The position numbers and the translations under genes are program-made. This document shows, in pieces, positions 52,863-64,000 of a DNA stretch of 64,000 bases (position 1 is its first letter; each line of letters starts with the position of its first letter). The stretch lies in the NCBI RefSeq assembly GCF_009914755.1, contig NC_060932.1; one strand, given 5' to 3'. The notes beneath the pieces were generated by a model. That model did not search any database. It was given only the letters and a program-made list of their open reading frames with translations, and was not told the origin of the DNA. This DNA comes from the human T2T-CHM13v2.0 reference genome, Homo sapiens.

Positions 52863-55139
52863 AACATACTTAATTTCTAATCCAGCATGTCTCCAAGTTG
52901 TTCTCGCAGTTGTATTCTCTGTAAGTTCTCTCTTTAGCAAAAAATGCTTACTGGTAAGTTGTTTGGTATTGATACATTTGAATGTATTTGCATGAAGATA
53001 TTTTTGCATTGTGAATATTTTTTGGCATATGTAAAAATTCTGAAACCAAAGCCCTTTATGTGTTCAGTGATTAGGTCAAGATCTCTAAATGCAGATTTCC
53101 ACTATCTTCAGCAGAACAAGCTGGCTTAAAAATGGTGTTGCCATCTATCCAGATGAAGTCATTCTCAGTGACAAACACTGGTGGCTTTGGTGTTCTCTTA
53201 GCTACTTTTTCAAGATTCTTACTGTTCCTCATGATCCCCTCAACCAGTTACCTATGTGCAACTCGTTTCTATAGGCTGTCCTTCTGCCATCTGTCAGTTA
53301 ACTTCCATATGCTGTAGTTGAAACCATTAGGAACTGCCCTTTCCAATATATTTAAGATTTAATGAGACATTAAAGACCCTAAAGCATTCTGTGCTTATAG
53401 AAACACAGAATATAAATGATTTAATTTCTAATGGTGAAATTCCAGGTACAGATATTTCCAAAGTGAACACTCCCTGTCTAGTGCTCCTCAAGTGATGCCT
53501 ACATACATACCTACTTATGTATCTGTCCAAATGAGGACAACTCTCTGTGTATACATGCCTTTTATTTTCTTGCTTTTAAATAGAAACTTGAGAGCCATTT
53601 TTGGAACTGGAATCTCACTTTAAACAGATGTGTGATTTGAGTATTTTATTCATGTTAGAATTTAGTCTGAAAAAACAACCACTTGACATTGTTCAATAAG
53701 CATTTCAACAACCAAAGGGATATGTTGTCAGAATCTTAATTAGAGTGATGTGATGGGGCACGCTCACAACACAACATGAGTAATTGCATAAAACAATCGC
53801 CCACACCCACAAGTACCAACTGTCTGAGATATAGCATGTGAGGAATATGATGGCAATCTTTCTAGATTAATTGAGATCTTTTTTATAAAACCAATTAGTT
53901 AAAAATAATTGATATAATTGATGTAATAAGACAGCCTATAGTCTTTTTGCTTTTTAGAACCTAGCCATTGTGGAATGACATGCCAGATAAAAGAATTCTT
54001 TTTGTTGTGCATATTACAGAATACTCACCATTCCAGGAAAAAGAAAAAAAGGATAATGAAGGACATGAAAATTAATTAAAGTGGAGAAATTATAGTGGAA
54101 CATTTAAGAAAATTGATACAGAAAAGCTGTGTTTTTGAAAATGTAAAATATCCCTATACCTAAAAATATTGACGTAAGTGACTTGAAAGAATTGGACTGG
54201 CCCCAAGTAAACTGCTACCAAAGTCAGTGGCAAATAAGAAGGCTAAAGACAAATTTAAAAAAATTAAAGTTCCTACTGACAAAACAGAGAAATAATCTTG
54301 GGAAAGTATTTTGTATTAGTATTCATGTAATCGCTGATACTTGTTTTAAAATTATGCCAATTGGTAACATATCTCTGGGTCTTAAGTGAGGAACACCATC
54401 CTGGAACCCGTGGCTTTCTTAGTCAAAGAGAGAAACTTCTGAAGTTTCACATTAGCCAACTTTCCATCCTTCCCAGGTGAAAGCTCATTTTACAAGTTTA
54501 GTTTTAATATGTTGACATTCTACTTTTACTGTGAAGTTTTCTTTCAATGTTTAACTATGGTTAGTATTTATTTTGAGGTACTCTAGACAGCCCAGCCTTA
54601 CAGAGAGATGAAGGAGTGGGGATGAGGTGGATCATGGATAGTAGCTTTAAAAGTAAAAGTGAATGGCAAACGTTATCAGAGAAGAGCAGCACTCTTCCTG
54701 AAGGAAGGGTGCAGAAGTGCTGGGTAGAACGCTTTTTCATTTTTTTGAGCAACTTCTTCTTGTTCTGACTCATGGTAACCTAACTATGAAAGCCTCAGGC
54801 CCTCAATCTTTTGCATTTAAAAAAATCATCAGCTTTCAGATCTCCCCTGTTCTCTAGCTGCCTTGCCCTGGATATCTTGTTGCTGTAGAATAATAACACC
54901 CAGTATGCAGGGCCCATAGCAGAATTTTTGATTTGATGGAACTTAATCATTCATTTGCCTTGAATGAGGTGAATGAGCAATGCAGAGATCCAACACTCAA
55001 AGCAAAACAGACAGCCGTGCTTCGTACAGTCATGATGATGACAGACGCTACTTACCACACAAACGCTGTATTCTGGGCTCTCTGCTTTCCACCTTCCAAG
55101 CAACATCACATCTAACCTTCCACTTAACCCTATGAGATT

Positions 55140-55570
55140 TACTCACGCACTCATTCACTCACTCATTCATTCATCTGATACTTCAGTGTCTCTCACCAGA
55201 GGCTTGTGAAGCAAAGGTGGCTAATAGGTAGCCCCTGCTTCCGACCACTCACAATGTCATGGTAGGTTAGCATGTTGGTGGAAGGTTGTATAAGTCAAGA
55301 GGGGAACAAAAGAGGGGATAGGCCTGGGAAATTCTGGGGCTTGAGTGGAGAATAGGAGCTTGCCAGATAACAAGGAGAGAAAGCACACTCCAGGCAAAAG
55401 TAACAATACGCAAAAGCCTTCGAACAGGAAAGATCAGGCATGTTGGGGAAAGAATGACTCTCGCATAAGGAGCATGATGGGAAAGGGAAGTCTGTGAGGT
55501 GGTCAGGAATGGGTCCTGGAGAATCTCTGTGGGAGCTAAGAAGTTTGAAACTTTATCCTCTAGATAAAGG
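55140..55570 (-). mobile_element. L2 3' end
   Basis: (CATT/CACT)n tail followed by GA-rich antisense L2 sequence. Confidence 0.55.
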
Positions 55571-58500
55571 AGAGTCAATTCACAATTGACTATTAGAAAA
55601 ATTTTACACATGACAAATGTTTATTGGGGTGAAAAATAGAAAAGCAAAAATAAGACAATATAAATGGACAGTAACCCCACCACATGAATTAACCACCTAG
55701 CATAAATATGCAAATATAAACATCTGTATATGTAAATATAAAATACCTATATATGTATTTATATGAATATATGTAGTCCCACATTTTTTCCATGTGTGTA
55801 TGTATGTATGTTTGTGTTAACATAATTTTTCTACAGATTTAAATTGTAGTGTACATGCTTTGGAATCTTCCTAATCATATATCGTGAACATATTTTTAGG
55901 TCAATAAATATTCTATTGCAAATTTAATTTTAATTGCTGTGTGCGAGAGAGAGGGAGGACAGTGGGATCGCTGTCAGACCTAGCCAGTGTGAATGGCAGG
56001 ACTGGGCAACGCTGAAGGAAGTAGAGAGATGTTCACTTTTGAAGTGCCTCCTTTAAGAGGTCTGGGTTTGGTTGTGTGTCTGATTTCTCTCTTGGGAAGA
56101 GAAGTATTCCCTTGCAATGACTCTTAACTTTCCTCCTCACTTCCATTTTTATCAGATTAATTTTAGTTGCAAGGCTGTGCCCATGTCTGGCTTGCTTTGA
56201 ACAGTGCTGGCTTACAAGACACATTCCATGTCCTGTCCTGGTCATGATAACCCTGGTATGATGATGGCCCAGCAGCCCTTTATTTTACAAATCCTGTGGT
56301 TCCACTTTGAGTAAAAGTGGCATTTAAATGTTGGTGAAAAAAATAACCAAAATGGTAGCAATTTTTAACTTGACTGCAAACTTAAATGTCTGAGAATTAA
56401 GAATTAAAAGTACAATCCTTGAATCAGGCTAATTGTATACCATCGAAAGGGATTAGTTTGATAGACTATGTTTGGTGTATGATGTCAGAGAGAGACAAAC
56501 TTTCCCTAAATCTACCTATAGGCAGTTGTAGGGCTCTTGTTGGCTTCTTTAAAATAGAAAATAAAACTTTTAACACATGTCTCAAAAGATATGTATATAT
56601 ATAGTTACTGAAGACAATTTAGAAAATTCAGAGGAGGAAAAAAAAGAGAAAAGAAATATTCCAGAATTATTAGATTTTAGTTCCAATTGAAAAGTAATTT
56701 CATATTAATATAGTTTGATGAAATTTGACAATATTAGTGTCCTAAAAGGAGAATCAGCCTGAAACTGAGTTTCTTCTCTGAAGGAGATCCTACGTAGTAA
56801 GTTAAATGGTCATAAAATAACAGGCCTTCTACATTGATTCTACTGGCTCTGGAAATTTTGTTTAGGAACCCATGGTTGGCTGTTATTTCAAAAGCATACT
56901 CATTTCTATATCTGGGAATATCAATCCAATTAAAATATAAAGAATTTATTAACTGTTGCCTGCTATAAGAGTGTGGAGATTTCTGTGGGAGGAAACTCAG
57001 CATAATTTTTACTGCTTTATTTTGACAACTTAATATATTCAGAAATATATGCAACCTATAGTTTGATTGTGTTATTTTCATCATGGAAAATGCTGCTGCT
57101 TAAGTAGAGACAAAATGATTTTGGTAACATATAGTACTAAAATTCTAGGATTCTGACTTTCTGTAATTCTGTCCCAATCTAAGTAAGAATAATGTTCAAA
57201 GCAGGTGGTAATTGTGAAGAGACATAAAATCAAGTTTATAGTTGGTAGACCACGATTAGTTAAAATTATTGAGAAAATGACTGTTTCAATGGATATGTAC
57301 TCTGCCTCTTAGGAAACTGAGAAATTAACTTATTTCAAATACACTACTCTTATTTCTAAACATGAATAGGGATTTTAGAGAATAAAAACACAAGACTTTT
57401 CAAAAAGGAAAAGCTATGGTAGAAATTGAAAGGTTGTTGAAAAGTTTTAAAAAGCTTTAAAATAGCTAATTTTTTAAAAATGTATAACTTCCTAAAAATC
57501 TTGAGATACTAAATATTAACTGATACTTTTGCCCAGTATAATTTCTTTTCTTGTCAAGGGATATACCTGTTAATTAAGGAAAAACAATTTTCACTAATAA
57601 ATGTTTTCACTAATGAATATTTTAAAAGTATACTTCTTATCAAAACAGAGGTAAGAAAAGGGCACAAAATATTATAGAATCTTCGGCCATGGAGTATGGG
57701 AAGCAGGCAGGGAAAAGAGAAAGAAATACCGTCAAAAGAAACTTGATTCTAGCATTGTCTGTCCTAAAGGGAGCTTCCACCTCAAATTGAAAACGTTTGG
57801 GTTTTAATAAAAGGATGATTTTTTATGTAACTGTGGTTTCATTTTTGCTTGGATAGTTGGAAGGTAAAAAGATACTGCATGCATTCCATATGTAACTCAT
57901 TAGGCTGCAACAAAGATTCCAAGCACAATTATTTTGTGAGTCAAGATTTCAACTAAGGGTAAGTTATGATCTCGAAGTGTACAGTCACAAAGCTCACCTG
58001 TGTTGCCAGGTTCAGTACGGGGTGCAATAATAAATCTCAAGGAAGGCCAATTATCTTTAGTTATAAAGTTTCTACTTGTTTGTATATGTTTGGCATAGGA
58101 ATTCTATGATTCACCAATCAACTGTTCCTGGCAGTGCTTTCTGTGGTCTCCATATAAACTTGCAGGAAATGATACAGTCATAAGTTACATGTTCAAATTT
58201 AGAGCTTTAACTTCACAGTATTTGTCACATATAATAACCTCTGACAAATCCTAATCTATGGGTTACTTAAACATGAAAAATTCTAGCACTCAAACCACAG
58301 ATAGCATAGTAATTAGACAGTTGAAATTAACCTTGAGTTAGATTATAAATTAATATCCCACAGAGTATTGTTATTATTATCTATGATTGTGGCTTAGGAA
58401 TTTTCTTTTGGCAGGCAAAATTCTTTAGTTTTGGATACCATAGTAGGTAGATTTATAAGATAAGTAATAAATATATGCACACAAAAATTTAACAATATAG

Positions 58501-58771
58501 ACAATCTCATAAATACCAGGTAATTTTTTTGTTAAATGAAATAACATGCTATTAAGTCACTTCTTTCTCCAAATTCTGAATAGAATCAAGATGACACTTT
58601 GTAAGTTTGTGATTGGCATACAATGACTCGTCCAGGGAAACAGTAATTCTCCCTAAAGCCTGGGTTTTGTTTTTTCCTGTTGAGTATTCCTTACTTCCTA
58701 TAGGTGTTTCTTACATGAATTCATTGTTCTCTTGTCTGATTTTGGCCTTTAAATTATTGGTTCATCACTTA

Positions 58772-59405
58772 AACACTGTTTGTCGAGTGTAAATTAGTTC
58801 AACCATTGTGCAAAGCACTACGGCAATTCCTCAAAGACCTAAAAACAGAACTGCCATTCAACTCAGCAATCCCATTACTGGGTATATACCCAAAGGAATA
58901 TAAATCATTCTACCATAAAGACACATGCATGCATATGCTCATTGCAGCACTATTCACAATAGTAAAGACATGGAATCAACCTCAATGCCCATCAATGTAG
59001 ACTGGATAAAGAAAATGTGGCACATATAACACCATGGAATATTATGCAGCCATAAAAAATGAGATAATGTCCTTTGCAGAAATACAAATGGAGCTCAAGG
59101 ACATTATCCTTAGCAAACTAACATAGGAATAGAAAACCAAATACCAGATGTTGTTACTTATAAATGGGAGCTAAATGATGAGAACTTAGGGACACATAGA
59201 GGGGAAAACAGACATTGGAGCCTACTTGAGGGAGAAGGGTAGAAGGAGGGAGAGGATAAGAAAAAATAATTAGTGGATGCTAGGCTTAGTACCTGGGTGA
59301 TGAAATAATTTGTACAACAAACCCCTGTGACACGAATTTACTTATATAACAAACCTTCATATGTATCCCTGAACCTAAAAACAAGTTTAAAAAATAAAAA
59401 TAAAA
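58772..59405 (+). mobile_element. 5'-truncated L1PA13-16-class
   Basis: ORF2 C-terminus ([21 protein letters not shown]) plus 3'UTR and A-rich tail. Confidence 0.9.
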
Positions 59406-59963
59406 GAGAAATGTGAAGTAATAAGTTGATTCCCTCCAGTAAAAATACAAAACTTAAAAAATAAAATATTTGCGTATGACTCTCAATCTTCTCCAGCCTA
59501 CCCTGCCATAAATTGACAACACTCCAATAGTTATATCTCATCTTATTTCAGAAAATTTCCCTGATCCCACAGACATAATCCTTTTCCCAATACTTGTCCA
59601 AAATATAACCTGAAATGATTCCCCTAGTAGTGTGAAAACATCTATTGATTAGCCAGTTGTGTGTATATATCAAATTATAGTTGGTAAAGCATTGAACATA
59701 TGTAGGAATAGTCACACTTTTAAACTTACTTTATGCTTCTTTATTTTACAGATCTTTAACATTGAACCAGACACCAGACTCTCAACAATCAGATTGCTAA
59801 CCTCTATGCCAGGTGTAATACCCATTAAATTTTCATAAGAATACCATGAGGTGGAAATTTGTATCCCTTTTTACATCTGAGGAAGTGGAGTTCAGAAAAA
59901 TTACATAAATTCCCCAAGGGGGCAGAGCTTTATCTGAACAGTGAGAAGTCCTGCCATACGTGG

Positions 59964-60258
59964 TTTTTTTTTTGAGACAGAACCTTGCTCTGTTGCCCTG
60001 GCGGGAGTGCAGTGGCATGATCTCGGCTCACTGCAACCTCTGTCCACCTCCTGGGTTCAAGCGATTCTCTTGCCTTAGCCTCCTGAGTAGCTGGAATTAC
60101 AAGCATGCACCACCACGCTCAGCTAATTTGTGTGTTTTTACTAGAGACAGGGTTTCACCATGTTGGCCAGGCTGGTCTCGAACTCCTGACCTCAAGTGAT
60201 CCACCCGCCTTGGCCTCCCAAAATATTGGGATTACAGGCGTGAGCCACTGCACCTGGC
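59964..60258 (-). mobile_element. AluS (Sx/Sz-like), next to an antisense MIR (~59810-59955)
   Basis: Full antisense Alu; MIR core TTTTACATCTGAGGAAGTGGAG. Confidence 0.93.
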
Positions 60259-60729
60259 TTCACATATGGTTTTGCAATTTGGCATCCCCTAGAGTTGTGC
60301 AGGGCACATGAAAGCCCCACCAGGATACAACTCAGCTGTTTTCTTTACAACCAGACCCCTTTCTAGTATGTTGCTCTACAGAAAAAATATGGAATGGATT
60401 CCCCTTCGTGGAAGAAGAACCTAAACTGTTACTTTGTATAGATGTGATTAGTTTGTGGCAGGAGAAAGGTGAGGTAAGAGAGGTTTATCTACAGCACCTC
60501 GGTGCCATCCCTCTTCACCCTCCACTTGGGTCTTTACTTCGTCTTCCCACTGGCCTGTGACCTCTTGCTGACTTTGTAAATGAAACTTCCAACCACCCTC
60601 TCCAGGTGTGGTCTCTCCCCTGGGAAACAATACCTCTCTTGAGTCTCACTTTGCAGACTCTGGCTAAGGACTATTATGGCCCTTGCAAGTTCAGACTTTA
60701 TCATTGCTATTTATTGGCTCTCTGACATT

Positions 60730-60882
60730 GAGTTAGTGATATATCTGCTCTCAGCCTCAGTTTCTCATGAGTAAAATGAGAATACAAATAATAGTAACAT
60801 TATTTTTTACAAAAATATTTAAAAAGGCAAAACATAATGTTATTATCACAAAACTTGGAATGTAGTAAGCGCAACAAATGTC
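60730..60882 (+). mobile_element. MIR
   Basis: GCCTCAGTTTCTCATGAGTAAAATGAGAATA..GTAGTAAGCGCAACAAATG. Confidence 0.65.
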
Positions 60883-61192
60883 TCTTCTTTCTTCTTTGTC
60901 TTGATCTTCGTCTTCATCTTCTCCCCTCATTTTAACATATATGCATTTTAAATTTGGCGTTTCTCTCTTTGCACCCTACTTTTGTAGTCTGTTAAGGTAA
61001 CTAAGCAGTGGGATTTCAGGCTGGTTTCCAGGGGCAAGGAGGGAACCCAGGCAGACTAACAGAAGAGTCATGAGGCATTTTTGTTTTCTGGCAACCATCA
61101 AATCACACAGGTCCTGGCCGCTAATATCATCAGGTTTGCACTTAAATGTTGAGATGCTCACACAGGTTTTGTATTTTTCATAGAGGATGTAA

Positions 61193-61715
<523 letters not shown>

Positions 61716-64000
61716 TCCCTCCCTATCTTCTTTTCTCCCTTCCTCCTTTCTTCCTCCCCCTTTCCCTCTCTCCCTTCCTCCTTTCCTTCCTTTTTTAAAA
61801 AATTTCTTTTTCTTTCTTTCTTTGTAATAAATCTGATGCTAAGATGATATTCTCACTACCTATGCTTCCTAACTTAAGCCGTGCATATATTTCTGAGTAA
61901 TGGTAGTTGTATGTCTAGGCTTGAATTCTATGAATATTATATAGGCTAATAAATCTAGCAAAGAACATATTTAAAAAATAATTTTTTCTCATGGAGCCGT
62001 TGCATACACTAAGAATGCCAGAGCATTTTTCCCCTTCATCAAACACCTGGTAATGAAATTTATTGACATATAAACTTAATAAGCTGCTAATTGAGTAATT
62101 ATCGATTGACGGAAATGTGTTCTTAAAAGTCACATTAACAATTGGCAGAAAGGCAAAAATAGAACAGACTCAGTTTTCAACTTACTTTATAGCATTACCT
62201 TAAAATTGTAAAGAGTTAATCTTATCACACTACACATGGCTGAATTTATAAAAGATAAAATCACAAACGAGTAATGCACAGTTACTTGTTACATATTCTT
62301 TCCATTACAACTGACAGGTTCATTAATCATACAGTGTATTTTACTATTAGAAGCTATAAAAAAGATCAAATCTCTTGTAATTTTTCTTCTTCTCTTTCAT
62401 TTGATAAGTGTGTTGTTTCAGTGTGTAGATAAAATATAGTGTCAGTCACCAACAGTCTCAGGAGATTTTCATTTTTCCAGTAAGAATATCCTTGCTTATT
62501 TGCAATGTAAAAAGTCCCTAGATCATGCATCATTTCCCTATAACTTGACCATCAGATTGAGTAAAATGTCTGTAACCACAGAAGTGGCCATCCAAAAGGA
62601 AGTGCTGTGGGAGAGGAACACTGTTTTTGGCGATAGCGGTGTTGCTTACTGAGCGGTGAAGGCATTAACGACGAACACCTCTATTCATAACGAAACACTG
62701 ATTCATAATTAAGGTTCATGTAAATTACACAGAGAGCTGACAGATTTCATAAGCTGTTCTGGGGAGAGGTGGCAAATTTTACAGTTTGTCACAGATTGCC
62801 AATGAAACACTTGAAAGCATAAATGAAATATAGGACTATTTGCCAATAAATAAGGGAGGCTATGATATCCCCTTTCATGGAGTGTGATGAAAAAATATGT
62901 CTTAAAGGGCTACATTCCTACTTAGCAAACAAAGGGTTTTTTTTATTTTTATTTTTTCAGTCTAGGAAGAAATCCTGAAAAGAAAAGCAATCAACCCATA
63001 CAGCAAAAACAGATGGACACATTTTAATTTTTTTAATTAGTTAAAAAAATGAGATGCCTTTTTATCTCTTGTCAATTTAAAGAGGGGAGAAGTCAACCAT
63101 GAAAATTCTTCTGTGTTTCTCAGTGTTTTCATTTTCTTTATTTTTAAAAGTATAACTTATAAATAAAATTCTTAGGATTTCTTAGTTTTGGTGATTTGTG
63201 TGACACTGATGTACTGTAATTTATACAAGAACTACTTCAGTGTATGTTTTTCAGTGCTTCTTGCCAACCTAAGTATTCTAAATATAAACTGAAGAAATTC
63301 AGTCTGGCACAAAACAGCTGATGAAATATTCTGGGCTTGCATTCCGCTATTTTCCCATAAGACCTTCTATGAGAAGCAGGGAATGTAAAGAGATCTTGAT
63401 TAAAGTGCAAAACCGTATGCAGTCCAGTTGGTTGTAAACTCAATTTAAAGTCTACCATGAGTGGCCTTTCAACTCCATCATACAGCGCTTCATTCCTGAC
63501 CAGGACACAGCCTCATAATTGTCTATTCTTAAGCAACAGCTAGTCCCACATTGTAACTCTTCCCCAGATAGTTTCAATTTTGTCATGTCTGCATATTAGG
63601 ATTTCTGCAGAGGCTAGATTGGTAAAGCTATTTACTCAGCCCATAACTAATTTCAAACTGCATTTTCACAGCACACTGGAGAACTGAGTAATCATTGGGT
63701 GAAACTGAGGGGTGTAAATAGTCAATCTCCCCTTGTTCCTCCCATAGCGCTTTCTTCCCTTCTATTTACACAGATAATTGCCCCAGTTCTACATGTTTTT
63801 ATTTATGTATAAGTACCATGCTTTATATTAGAGATATGAGTCTCACATTCACTTTGCTTTACTAAGGGTTACATATAGTAGATTAGCTCAACAAGTCGGC
63901 TAAGTGTTCCTATTCAACGAGATCTGAGGCTCTAGCTTGCCTGAGAAGTTCAGCCTGCATAACTCCACCCTGGAATTTTACGTAGGTTCTTACACCTGGA

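Overview
AT-rich, CpG-depleted primate (human-like) non-coding DNA dominated by transposon relics: Alu/FAM/FLAM, L1PA/L1M, L2, MIR, MLT LTRs and hAT/Tigger DNA elements. I see no intact protein-coding gene. The listed ORFs are Alu- or L1-derived or chance ORFs. Main observations: (1) a near-identical 1274-bp tandem triplication at 268-4103 whose junctions are chimeric Alus sharing one 15-bp crossover; (2) a ~5.9-kb old L1PA with target-site duplication (TSD), tandem 5'UTR monomers and an internal deletion removing the RT domain; (3) a promoter/first-exon-like segment at ~41.3-42.3 kb with a 60-bp inverted repeat bracketed by 10-bp direct repeats and enclosing a strong splice donor, followed by an exon-like block at 44.2 kb from a gene I cannot name; (4) fold-back and inversion scars inside old L1s. 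Repeat subfamilies are called from recalled consensus features, not from a database search. Boundaries of old elements are approximate.
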